Positions 13,089-25,200 of a DNA stretch of 64,000 bases are shown piece by piece (within the stretch, counting starts at the first letter, position 1; every line of letters begins with the position of its first letter). The notes below the pieces were generated by a model. That model made no database searches, was not told where the DNA came from, and was given only the letters and a program-made list of their open reading frames with translations. The position numbers and the translations under genes are program-made. The DNA comes from Vicugna vicugna (taxonomy: Eukaryota), in assembly GCA_013265495.1 (NCBI GenBank), contig MU057560.1, positions 2,912,909 to 2,976,908 of the forward strand. The letters run 5' to 3'.

Positions 13089-13444
13089 CGTGTATGGCTG
13101 CCCCTTGGCTAAGAAACGGAAAACACAAGATAAACAGCCCCAAGAACCTGCTCCCAAGCGAAAGCCGTTTGCAGTGAAGGCAGACAGCTCGTCTGTGGAT
13201 GAGTGCTATGACAGCGACGAGACGGAGGACATGGACGACAAGGAGGAGGAGGAGGAGGAAGAGGAGGAGGAGGAGGAGTACTCGGAAGACGAGGAGGAGC
13301 AGAGGGACGACGAGGACGAGGAGGCGGACCGGGAGGAGGAGGAGGACGACGAGGAGGAGGAGGAGGAGGACGGCGAGGACGTGGAGGACGAGGAGGAGGA
13401 CGAGGAGGAGGAGGAGGAGGACGAGGAGGAGGAGGAGGAGAACG
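13089..13444 (+). CDS. MYT1L: MYT1L coding exon (about exon 9): end of zinc finger 1, basic stretch, Asp/Glu-rich tract
   Basis: Acceptor tttccaacag|C GTG TAT GGC TGC, donor AAC G|gtaatc; 356 nt; translates (S)[27 protein letters not shown]...EEEEN. Confidence 0.96.
13243..13440 (+). repeat. Coding (GAG/GAC)n low-complexity tract
   Basis: 58 of 66 codons encode Asp or Glu; only two are GAA and none is GAT. Confidence 0.95.
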
Positions 13445-14299
13445 GTAATCTCTCAAGCACTACCCGGTGTCACAGGGGGACTCAGGCGCGTTTTCCAAGG
13501 AGAGCGGCCTGGGGTTCGGGCCCAGGACGCGCTAATTAGCGCCGGCCACGTGGCCGGGCTGGCCAGGCCCTGCTGGGAGGAGTAACTGCTCGTGCGTCTA
13601 ACTTTCTTTTGAAGAGTTTCTTAGATTATCTGCTAGACGTTAGATGTTATCTCCGTCCCGTTGCTATTCAGATTGGTCGTCACAAAAATTTGCTGACATA
13701 TTTATGGCATCCGTATGGCTTGTCTTACAGCTCTTCTACAGAGAGGTGAGCTGGCACACTGGGACCTTAAATTTGCATTTTCTCCGATGCCCTAGCCAAG
13801 AGGTCCTGTTACTGTCCACCCCAGTGGCGTTGGGCTAGCCTAGCCCACACGCCTCCCCAGAGCTGGAAGCTTTGTGTGACCACTGGTGTGTCAGCTGGGG
13901 AGGCAGGTTTTGTCACCGATGGCCAAAGCTCTACTTTAGTGACTGTCAGAGGTCGGGACCAGGAGGGACGTAGCTGAAAGGAAGTAACTGGTCGACCCGC
14001 CATCTGTTTCCATGTTCGAGAAGGATGTTTCTGATCCAGCGTTGTGAGCGAGACAGACATGTGAAAAGCCCACTGCAGGGGTAGTGGCGCGTTTGGGGCA
14101 ATCAATTCAAGATGACTTTGCTCTGATAGCCAGTTTTCTGTTAGTGTCAGACTCAAAAATATGACCTTAAAGCCAGTCCTTTCACAAGAGTCAGTTTTTT
14201 TCTAGAAAGAAGGGGGAGTTTTCTGGAGTCTACTTAGAGTCTCTACTGGCTTGGAGTTTGCCTCAGAGAAACGCTGAAACAGGCTTAAAAAGTGAGGAA

Positions 14300-14390
14300 G
14301 GGGGGGTGGAAATAGCTCAGTGGCAGAGCGCATGCTTAACATGCACGAGGTCCTGGGTTCAGTCCCCAGCACCTCCGTTGAAAAGAAAGT
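14300..14390 (+). mobile_element. tRNA-Ala-derived short SINE (camelid Vic-1-like)
   Basis: ggggggtggaaatagctcagtggcagagcgcatgcttaacatgcacgaggtcctgggttcagtccccagcacctcc has A and B boxes, a G-rich leader and a short A-rich tail. Confidence 0.85.
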
Positions 14391-14701
14391 GAAGGTAATA
14401 TTTCTTCCTCACTCTTCTTCCTTGGCTCAGAGCTCTTCACGACTGAATCTTGAGGAAGACGACTTCTCTACACAAAGGGCAGTAGTTTCAGCCAGAGAAC
14501 TGAGTGCTTTTAGGTCCAATAGGTGTGAGTTACTTGTTGCTAATTTTGTGTGGTGGGCACATATGAACATTCCTCCTTCAGAAGCCACACTAGTTGGTTC
14601 CAGGAAATCTGAATTTTATGAAGTCATCCCAGATTGTTATGGTGGTTTAAAGCCCTTATGAAAACAATCAACTGTTACATTTACATGGGTGCAAATGTAT
14701 C

Positions 14702-14738
14702 CACACACACACACACACAGACACACACACACACACAC
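14702..14738. repeat. (CA)n microsatellite with one GA interruption
   Basis: Direct reading of cacacacacacacacacagacacacacacacacacac. Confidence 0.95.
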
Positions 14739-17159
14739 TGTGAATTAAAATTGGCCTCCCAAGGCTGTTTTTCTTGTCTAATTGCTATGGAGCCTGGTGT
14801 GGAGACGGCCCAGGCAGGAGCATCAGGGTTCCCCCTAACACAGGCACCACGGGTTCTGCTGAGCAGACGGTGTCATTAATGTGATGTGGGCGCTCAAACC
14901 GAGAGTTCAGAACAGCAGCTCCGTGTAGTCTGTGGCAAGTTGGCGAATAGACCAATTTGGCAGGTTATTTCTGGACACTGTATTGAATGTAGTTCTGGGT
15001 GAAATCTTCATTGTTGAGGCTGATTAATGATTTGCAGCTTAACCATGGCTTATGATTAAGATGGCGTAAAGCACTGCTCCTTCACATGCTCATTCTGTGT
15101 TCGGAAAGCAGTAGACTGTGTGTTTGAAGTTATGGATATTCATGTCTGACGGATTAGGGTAGGAGATATTTGCAAATATGCATCATTTAACCCGGAGTCT
15201 TAACCAAAATTCAGGTTCTGCTCTCCATTTGCTAGAATTAAACTTTCAATTTTAGTTCACTTAGGACCATATTTTAAATAAGCTACTTTCGAAAGTACAA
15301 AGTGACATATTTTGAAAAGCAGTCAGAACCTTATTGAAATAGCTTTAGAATGTGACTGTCTTGGGTTTGTTCACTCTGACTTAAACACTTAGGATTGTTT
15401 TAAAAAATGAGAAAGCCAATCAAACTAATGACATTTTTCTAGAAAAACTCAAATAAGTGGGCTTAATCAATGGATGAATGGCAGAACCATGGAACAATTG
15501 CATAATTATAATGTCAGCCCCAGAATGTGACCCACGCAAAACAGTGACCAGCATTCAGGTGCTCGGCAAATGCTGACTCGGAAGTCTTTGGCATGTGAGG
15601 AAGTTTGTTCCAGAAAGAAAATCCCCAGAAGGAGGACAAATAGCCAACTGCTGGCTCCTGGTTTCAGAATTTGTGTTAGCTGGAGCACCCGCTAGACACC
15701 TGCAGGAATCACGTGCTACAGGAACTTCTAAGGCATCAGCCGGAACTGCAGAAGGGAAGCTGGGCCGTGGGGGCCACTCCGGGGTTGTCAGGCCGCTCCT
15801 CCTAAGACAGACAGCGGCGGCGTGTAATAACTCAGTCCCCCGAGGGAGCCTCTCGTGCAGATCCCAAGTCCCCGGGAGCCACTGGGATCCCACGAAGGTG
15901 GCCCATCTGAGGGGCCCTCACCGTGCTGCTGACCGCTCTAAGTTCTCTGCAAGGAGCCACCGAAGTCTGACTTGATTTCCAAGTCAAACGAAAGTATCCC
16001 TCCAAGAAGAAACCGCGTCTCAGGCCCAGTTCCTGGAGACACTGTCACCGACCCTTGCTGTCACCGAGCCTTTCTGCCACGAGAGCGTCTGTGGGAGAAG
16101 CCCCTGAGCAGCTTCTCCAAGACACGACTAGCCCGCACCACGTGCCACCTCCCAGGTGGAGTGAGCCGTAGCCCCGGGCCAGGAGCACCCAGGAACGCCC
16201 CGGATGCAAAGATGCGTGGCTTTGCTGAGCAAGCACCCATTTTGCGCGATCAGACTCCTAGCTGCGTGTGGTTCCGCGCAGTGACGCTTCGAGGGCACGT
16301 GTCTGTCCGTCACTTTGGTCGCGTCCTCACCAGATGCGTTCTGTCTTACCTTACGGCTGAGACTAGTGCCAAAATCACTATCACCCAATGTGAGTTTCCA
16401 CCGGCCGTAGTTACGTCTGTGACAGGAGAAAGACAGTGAGGACAGGACACGGCACGCAGCGTGCCTGCGTCCGCTCTGGTGTTGGCAGAAATCGTTCATT
16501 GTGTTCTTTTGTGTCTGGTGACCAGAGTTCTGGGTCAGCATCTTGAAGTTGGTCTTTTACGTCCCTCGGCTGATGCTCGTGGTGACCGTTGTTGCAGGGC
16601 CGTCAGCAGAGTCTCTTCGAGGGGGACTGTGCGTCTTCCTCAGCAAATCGAAGCACAGACAGTGACTGATCGTCAGCAGAGGAGCAAAGCAGTGAGGACG
16701 CGGTGAGAGGGGCCGCTCAGGGCATGTCTGCAGCAGCGGACAAGCGCTTCACACGGGGGGACCGGGGCGTCGTGCTGGAGCCGCGCAGGTGAACCTAAGC
16801 TGGCCTCAGCCTTGCTGGTGGGTGTGACGTCTCAGCTGTGCCCCTGGCAGGATGCAGCTTCCTCCTCGGCCTGTGCTGTAAGCTGAAGCATGGGGCCTGC
16901 TGAGAGGTTTGCTGTAGGTGAAACCATGGTACGCGCACCACCGCACGATGACAGCAGGCGCCCGGCCCACAGGAGGGCTGACGTCCGTGACAGCTACATT
17001 GTTTATAACTGCTGTCTAGGTGTTTATTTAGTTTAGGATCCTCCAGCATCGTCATCACACAGGACCCAAAATACTTCTAATAGTGCACATTTCCGACAAG
17101 CACAGCGACGTCCAGCCCTACGCTTGCTCTTCAGGCCAGTTGTGTAAGGCAGGCGGGTA

Positions 17160-17345
17160 AAAACGATTTCACTCCCATTGCACTAGTTAGAAACTGAGGC
17201 TCAGGGGGTGGGCCTGTAGCTCAGCGGTAGAGCACATGCTTGGCGTGCATGAGACCAGGTTCAATCCCCAGTGCCTCTGTTAAGGGGAAAAAAAAATTAA
17301 AAAAAAAACTGAGGCTCAGAAAGAGTAGATGATTTTCAGTAAGGA
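17160..17345 (-). mobile_element. MIR fragment split by the SINE insertion
   Basis: actcccattgcactagttagaaactgaggctcag...aaagagtagatgattttc resembles the antisense MIR core once the insert is removed. Confidence 0.6.
17205..17305 (+). mobile_element. tRNA-Ala-derived short SINE (Vic-1-like) with poly-A tail and 14-bp target-site duplication
   Basis: gggtgggcctgtagctcagcggtagagcacatgcttggcgtgcatgagaccaggttcaatccccag, then an A-rich tail; aaactgaggctcag flanks both sides (17191-17204 and 17306-17319). Confidence 0.9.
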
Positions 17346-20300
17346 GCAGATGTGTGGTGGAGCTCCGCTGGTGGTTTTCGCACCACAGAGTTCGTGCTCT
17401 TTGTGTCACTTTCTGCTCTTTTCAACACCAGAGGAAAATATCTGAGCAATTCGTTTCAGATTACATTAAATTCATAATTGATTTATCAAAATCCGATTTT
17501 GTCCCGTCGACCTGTCACAGGCTGGTCCTTTGCATGGTTTTATTTTCAAGATGCATGGAATGGTCTGTAACTAGTCCGTAAGCGTTCCCTTGTCATCCTG
17601 AAGCTGAGAAGGTTAGTACTCAGGGGGCACAGGTTTTTCTGATGGCAGATTGTGTACGTGGAATAGTATCTTTTCAGATTCGTGTGGTTTGAGAAATCCG
17701 GATCAAATGTTACTTAATGCCTAATAGTTTCTGGCTCAGGTTCATGCTGTAGCCCACGAGAAGGAACACGTCTTCAAATAATAGAAGCACACGCTTCCGT
17801 GTGGGTAGATAAGTGTGTGTCTGTCTCCTTACACGTATACAGTACCGCTGCCCACCGACAAGGAAGAAGTCCCATGAGGAGGAATCTGGCAACTTGCCGT
17901 CCAGACGAGAGGGAGCGTTCGCGTTCACTGCCGTCTCTGACACAGAACGGCTTCTTCTCTTTAACTGAAGTGAGTCAGTTCACTGCGTGGGGTCACTTTC
18001 TGGTGGACAGCGCAGTGACTCAGGTGCACACACATGCTCCTTTCCATTGCAGGCTGCTACGAGGCGCTGAACAGAGCTGCACTCACTACGCAGCGGGACC
18101 TCACTGTCTGTCTGTTTTGTGCGTAGTGGTCAGTGAGAACACTTTCCTACTATATCCTGGTTCTGAGACGCATTTGCAAAAATGTGAAGTCCTTTCTTTG
18201 CTGCTCTTTACTGAATCTTGGGACTTTCTTGACAGTTTGACTTTGAAGACAATTCACTTGATCGTTGGATTAAATTAAATGGTTGAGTGTGAAAGGCTTC
18301 CTTTTCTGAAGGTTCTCTGACTTCACGTGAATCAGTCAGAGGTGTGGGGGGCAGCTGTGGAAGTCCACTCTGCGGAGGACGGGGTGGTCTGAGGGAAGAC
18401 GTGAGCTTCCCGTCCGGCAGGGCTGCTGTGGGGCCGCGCCAGCTGCCCCTGCAGAGGCAGAGTGACAGGTGTCGGGCGGGGTGCAGCCTGCTGGGCCCAG
18501 GTCAGAGCTCCCGTCCCGTCTCCCACCTGTGGACCCCTCCGTGGTGCGGGTGGGCGGTGCCCGTCCCTCCCTGACTCCGGGCTCTGCTCAACCCTCCCTA
18601 CCAAGAAGGGGCCCGCCCATAACCGAGCTTCTCTGAGGCACTCAGCTTTCTTTGAGGGGAGCTCAAGACGGTACAGATTCTCCACAGAAACCATTTTTTT
18701 TTAAATCACAAAGTTCCCAGGGTGTTTTTTCTTTCACACTCAGTGATGCCCTCGGCCCCACGCTGTTTAAGCATCCTGACCATTTGCAGTGGGGGGCTTG
18801 GATTTTCCTAAGACAAGGACAGAATGAGGAGAGGGGTCTGCACCGTGGCTCTGCGCTGCGCGGACTCCTCTCCGGACTCAGTGATCACCCTGATTAGTCA
18901 GTCACCCTCTTACGTCGTCCTCAGGAAATGCCCCTGATGAGGGACGCGAGCTGAGACGCAGACAGACTGCGGAAATCAGAGTCAGCCCGCTGGCCTTCCA
19001 CTGCAGTCAGCAGCAAAAGCACCGCGCTCCGAGCCCGGCACAGAGACAAAGACGTGCGCGGTGTGCAGGGCTTCAGCTGCACGCGGTTGTGAGAGAAAGC
19101 ATGCCGGCTGTTTATCTCTCACTCGGTCCATGAACGTGTTATTTTAGGACGTTTAGTATTTGAACCCCCTGAGGTGTGTGCCTCTACCACTCAGAAATGA
19201 GTAAGGGCAGAATTCGGCATTTCTAGGTAGCGGTCCGTGATAAAAATTAAACTTTCTTCATGCATGCTAATTTTGCACAATTATAAAATATAATCATATC
19301 TTTTATTTCATGAATTTTCAGACGCTTCAATACAAACCAGAAAACTTGCTGGCAAGGTAAAGCCACGTACATTTGAGAGGCAAGCAACACACATGAAGTG
19401 TGGGGAAAAATTGCTTCTTCATAATAATGAGAAATAAAAGATGTGAGAGAAAAGCTCTAACACATTTTTACTCAATTTGTTTTTAAAGTCCACTTGCAGG
19501 GATCACTGGCTTCTTTCCTTGTCTTAATCACATTTTTATTCCCAGTGCCAGTCTGGCCGCGAGGGGGACCCAGGCCGGGCAGGTGTGGCTGCGGGCTTCG
19601 GCTGCACCCCAGCCTGGGGGACTGCTTGCTCTCCCTGCACTTCAGCTTGGCGTCCAAGGGTCAGGATGGTAATACTTGCCCCTCGTCCACCTCCTGTCTG
19701 GTTTCCCAGCTTAAAGCAGGTGCAGCACAGAGGAGCTCCCAGAGGAGCTCCCAGAGAGGAAGGAGCGCAGCTCAGGGCTGCCGTGCAGCAGCTGTCACTC
19801 AGGAGGGCTTTTGCCTGGCACTCCCCCCCAGGCACTGGCTCAAGCTCTTCTGTAATTCTGAACCCCAGATCCACAGTGAGGCACAGCAAGTGCATTATGT
19901 ACGTAAGCCTGCATTCATTTAAAAGGCTCCGAACCTGGAGACAGCTCATTTTCAACGAGGGAAAGTATTTTCTACATCAGAAGCGTGCAGGGTTCCCTGC
20001 AGACACAGAAACTCAGCAGACATCAACTTTTGCCCCAAAGAGATGCAAACAGTATGAAAGAGGAGTGTGTGCATGAAAATACATACATTGTGGTCCTTTC
20101 CACAGTGCAGAGTTAGAAGCCGTAAGCTGAGATTGGAGGCTTTAAAGATTTGAGTCGAAAACAAGAATAAAGTTTTCCAGATACTGAAGATTGGTTGAGC
20201 TGTAAGTTACCATAGAAAGTTGCAGTGTTTCTGGAAGGTCTTACCTGTCTGAGAGGGATTGAATTCGGCTGAAGAGAACAGAGCCCGAGTCCTCCCGGGC

Positions 20301-20508
20301 TCCTCTCGTTGGATCAGCCACTTTGTATCAAGCTGTCCTGTGAGACGGAAGGACCAGAGTCTCCACAGACTCTTTTCCGCTCCCTGATTGACAGCATCTG
20401 CAGCAACAGAGAAAGCCTTACTCTGCTGCGGAGAGAAGTTCGAGGGCCTCCAGTTAGCTTGGAAGTTGCTGAGCTGCGTGTGCCTGTGTGCGTGTGCTGT
20501 GTGTGGAG

Positions 20509-20690
20509 GTGTGCACGCGTGTGCTTTTGTGCATGGTGTGTGCACGTGTGTGCTTGTGTGCCTGGGGTGTGCACGCGTGTGCTTGTGTGCATGGGGTGTG
20601 CACGTGTGTGCTTGTGTGCCTGGGGTGTGCACGCATGTGCTTGTGTGCATGGGGTGTGCACACGTGTGCTTGTGTGCATGGGGGTGTATG
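20509..20690. repeat. TG-rich minisatellite, 29-bp unit, about 6 copies
   Basis: Unit gtgtgcacgcgtgtgcttgtgtgcatggg recurs every 29 nt, inside a wider TG-rich patch (about 20476-20725). Confidence 0.9.
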
Positions 20691-21617
20691 TGTGCGTGGG
20701 GGGGGTGCGTGTGTGCTTGTGCGCTTTGGCGGGTATTTGTGCTGGTACGGAGCCATGTGCAGTTAGTTAGTGTATCTCAGTCCATCTCCGCCGGGAAACT
20801 GTTGGCCTCAAATGGCTCCTGTCTGGGTGGGAGGAAGACTGTCGTTCAAATCCCCAAACTCAAATAAGCCACAAACCTAAAATGTCATCAAGTAGAAAGG
20901 TCCTCAAAACTTAATGAATAAACGGAACTTTATTCATTCACATTCCTTTAATTTAGATCCCTAGTGAGTAAAAACTTTAAGAAAGAAATAAAATTTACAA
21001 GTTCTACGTAAAAGTTATGCAGCTTGGACCCTGTGAGAAAATTGCTATTTTCTCCTGCTGTTTATCTCATTGAGCTTAAAGGAAGCTTTTAAAGTGTGTT
21101 TCAGCTTGTGAAATGGACAGCCTCTAGAATCAGTCAGCCAATCCTCTTCAGGCATTTTGTCGTGATTGTAGTGTGTGCCTCTGACCCCATTGGGGGGCGC
21201 CCACGCCCCCACACCTCCAGCTCGGGGTCCCGGGAGGCTGACTGTGGTGCCCACCTGTGCCAACGGCAGGTGAGAGGGAGGGTCGCACAATAGACGCTCT
21301 CGGGCTCCGGGCAGACATGGGTGACCCTCCTCCACCACCCAGAAAGCCGGGGCTTCCTCTGGCGATGACGCAGCAGGCGTGCAGGACTCCGTCCTGCACG
21401 GCAGATGTGCCCCTGGGAGAAGGCGTAGCTGTGGCTCCCGGGGAGTCAGGAGGACAAGCCCTGCCCCCGTCTCAGGGCCAGATAAGGGCTCGGGCCAGAG
21501 TGTCACACTCCAAACCGGGGCCCAGTGCCCACAACCCTGCCACAGGACCGAGGATGTCATGGAGCTGTTCCTCGCTTGTGCAGTGGTCTGGTGGTAGGTG
21601 GTTTATGTAAAATCTGT

Positions 21618-21750
21618 NNNNNNNNNNNNNNNNNNNNNNNNNNNNNNNNNNNNNNNNNNNNNNNNNNNNNNNNNNNNNNNNNNNNNNNNNNNNNNNNNNN
21701 NNNNNNNNNNNNNNNNNNNNNNNNNNNNNNNNNNNNNNNNNNNNNNNNNN
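21618..21750. other. Assembly gap (133 N), intronic
   Basis: Run of n characters counted directly. Confidence 1.
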
Positions 21751-21959
21751 CACAATCGGAGTTCAGCTCCTACTGGACCTCCATGCGCTGACCCTGGGCT
21801 GGCTAACCTGGCAGCCCCCAGCTGAACGTGGTCGTTTAAATATAAATTCACTGAATCTAAATTTAATTTAAATTAATTAAAAGTGCAAATGCTGAAAATA
21901 CCGTCCTCCATCGCACCAGCCTCTCCCCCGCGGCCTCCCCTCCTGGAGGGGCCCTGCAT

Positions 21960-22230
21960 CTCCTCGAGTCTCTGTTCCAAGGCCACTCTCCCAGCGAGGC
22001 TTGCCCGGCTCTTCCTGAAGTCACCCCCGCCCTGCTCTCCTCCCGTCCCCTAATTCTGCCTCATCTTCCGTCACAGCGCAGGTCACTCCGACATCACAGT
22101 TTGTGTTTATTTTCTGCCTGTTTCTCTCTCGCCGACTGCAAGGTGACTTCCGTGACTGCCCACATGCTGCCTCTCTGGTTCGGCGTTTTGCTCCAAACAG
22201 GGCTGGATAAAGAGTTGTTAAGGGAATACA
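21960..22230 (+). mobile_element. L2 LINE 3' region remnant
   Basis: aaggccactctcccagcgaggcttgccc...catcttccgtcacagcgcaggtcactccgacatcac...ttctgcctgtttctctctcgccgactgcaagg follows the recalled L2 3' end; highly diverged. Confidence 0.55.
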
Positions 22231-25200
22231 CAGCAACATCCTGTTCGTGGTCCCCTGGCCCTGCAGAACTGGCCTAAGCAAAATCATGACAGAACACCCC
22301 TCTGGGGTCTGGTGATTGATGTTGTCCTCTCCAAAGTGTTTGCTTGCGAAGTTTGAGGAGGGTGTCCAGAAACGCCAGTGTTTGACCCAGGTGAATAAGA
22401 GGCGTGGAACCCAGAGGCCTCAGTTTGCTGCGTGAGAGCTACGCGGCTTCAGCTGGACCAGCTGCCCCGACCCCAGCCTTGGTCTGCACGTCTCGGGTCA
22501 CCCTCACCTGAGACGCGGGACACCAGGGCAGGCTGGGGCTCGGCAGTGCAGGGGGTCTCTGTCCTGCCTGGTTCACGTGGGCTGAGGAGGGCCTTCAGGC
22601 AAGGACAGGAGCGCAGATCAGAAGCCTTTCAGATATGCCGGACTCGGTGGAGAGCCCTGGCGGGTCTGTGACGGGAGGCCGAGCCCAGGGTGTGGGGCCT
22701 CCCTGAGTCTGCGGGCAGTGGGGACACGGCGCGCTCCTCACTGGGCCGGAGGGAAGCATTTGCTCCTGCTGCACGGAATGGGGTGGTTTACAAAGATGGA
22801 TGCAAAGACAGCAGCAGATTCCATAGTACCAGCGAATCCAAGTCCAGTAAACCCACTCCTTCGGTGGGGAAGCGGGCGAGCTGCTCAGAGCACAGGCTGT
22901 GTGGCAATGAGACCAGAGCCCACCAGTAGCCACGGACAACACAGCACACAGCTCAGAGAAAAGGGGCTGGAAGCGTATTTGGGTGGTTGCCCGTAATTCA
23001 CCAGAATCGTCTCCGCAGGGATTAGCACCAATGAGACCAAAGAGCCTGCTGTCTGATGTGAAGCCACAGAGACGGGAGGCCGGGGTGTGGGTGGCACTGG
23101 CGGCGAAGGAAAGGCCCTGGAGAGGCTGTCCGTCTGCTGTTCCAAACCTGAGCGGTGGGCCGCCCTGCCCGGAGACGGCACAGCAGGGCAGCTGGGCAGA
23201 GCGCCAGGCCAGCCTGCGGGGGTGCTTCCTGAGAGCAGGACCTGCTGCGAGGCCCGGCTGTCCACGGACAGGGCACGTGCGGACAGGACCACCCGCACGA
23301 CGGTGACACTGGCCGGCTGGAGTGTCAAGTCCAGAGTCTCACGACGGCGCAGGGGCCCCAGCCCCTTCCCGCAGCGCTGGGAGATTACCACTGCCCTGCA
23401 GGGTCTCTGCTCCCCTTAATTAGAAAACAGTAACAGCTAATTCGAAGCACTTTCTCGCAGTCAATAGGGAAGTCTTACTCCAGAGAGCAGCCGTGCACCT
23501 TAAGCCACTTTTAGCAGAGATGTTAGGCACTTTATCAGTCCGTGGAAACAGTTCTGGGCACCTCTTGAGGCCGCCGTGGCGTGAGCACGGTTTTGGGCAC
23601 CTGCCTGTGCCTGGCGCCTCGGGCCACACCTGCCCTGTCTGGTGTCAGGGACGCAGCTGCGCACTTTACATGTAATCGGCGGGTCAGTGTCAGTGGAACA
23701 GTGAGGTGGTCAGTCGGTCCTCCGGTCGGTCCCACTGTCCTCTCCGTGTCACCTCATGCCTGGTGTCCCCTACGGTCCTGCCTTCCTGCCCACTGTCCCT
23801 CGCGCTCTCCAGGAAGCTGGGGCTGTGAACCCCTCCAGGGTATTCCTAATTTCCATCCTTTTCCACATCAGAATGGACTGCTGCACTGGTCACCCAGGGG
23901 CAGAGTAGGCCCTGCTCGTTCAGACGCTAATCCACCTTCCGGTGATGTTCAGATTCCTCCTACAAGTAGGCTGGTTCCGGTGAGACCCACCACAGGTGTG
24001 CAGAGCGCCCTCACTGTGGGGGTCTCTACAGGCGCCGTTTTCCTGTGACTCCGGTCCCAGCTCCCCAGAGCGGCCAGGCCGGGGTCCCCAGCATCACGCG
24101 GCCAGCGAGCAGCAAAGGCGCAGCCCGGACCAGGCGGCGTCGCTTCTGTTTCCATTTTCACCCCGCGTGGCCACAGCAGTGTGCAGAACCCCGCGCCGGC
24201 GCTACGCCGGGGCGGCCTGCGGGCTCGGGGCTTTCAGGAGGGAACCACCTCTCAGCTTGCTCTCTGCGGTGGGGAGGCTGTGTGAGCCTTTGTTTTCCCT
24301 CCTTCAGGGGAAGCAGTTTACAGGTGGAGCGGGGAGGCAAGCAGGTGTCTGTTGCACAAGTGAGACGCGTCCCTTTCCTGTGTGACGCTGAGGGCCGTGC
24401 GGGGCCCCTGGGAGGCTCAGAGTCACAGCAAAACCCGCTTCCTGTTTGGGGCAAACGGATGAAAGATGATCCTGAGATTCCAAATCGGAAGAATTAACGC
24501 GTCACACGGACACCAGGTTTGGCAGGAGAAGGAGGGTCCCCTAAACCGTGGCTCTGGGTCTTTCTCCCACTGACCCCCCCCTCCTCCGAGCTCCTGGGGG
24601 GACAAGACGCGTCTCCCAAGACAGTTAAGAGGAAGTCGTGAAACGGGTGCCTCTCACCTGACTCTGGTTTCTTCTCTGACTCAACTCTCAGAATTTTTCC
24701 CAACGTCACATGTTCTGTCTCATTTCAAACCGTGACTTGTAGATTCATCTTGCGGTTGGTTCTTGACAGGTGCGGGGGTGCTGGCTCTCAAAACTCCAGT
24801 TTAGTGCGGAGGTAACGTAGCCTGGCTACCCAGAGGCTGCTTCTCTCATCAGCCCTCGAACGTAAAAAGCAAAGTGTGTGAACTGAGAGGAGAACATAAG
24901 TTAATTTTCAAAGATTCATGAGGACAGACAGGATTGAGAACAGGGTTGCCGCCGCGTCTCAACAGCTGGCCCCGGGGCGCGTGTGTGCGTCTGGGGGGTT
25001 TCTGGTGCGTTCGCTGGCTTTGTCTTCCTTCCTTCTGCTGCTCTTTGGGAAAATGTGTGTCTTTACACCAAGGAATCTGACTCACAGGAATTATCCAGGA
25101 GCGAGACAGTATGTGTTCGTACAGTGAGTGATGCTCTCTGACCGAGAGACGCAAATCTGATCTGCGGTTGCTCAGGGAGCTGCATTAGGTTTCGCACGTG

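Noticed and set aside
14300-14376. Possible tRNA gene (Ala-like body, AAC at the anticodon position)
   Set aside because: Extended G-rich leader, imperfect stems, mismatched anticodon and A-rich tail indicate a SINE; the same applies to 17205-17305.
19729-19752. Short tandem duplications (agaggagctccc x2 here; ggaaagct x3 at 3544-3567)
   Set aside because: Ordinary slippage events with no functional context.
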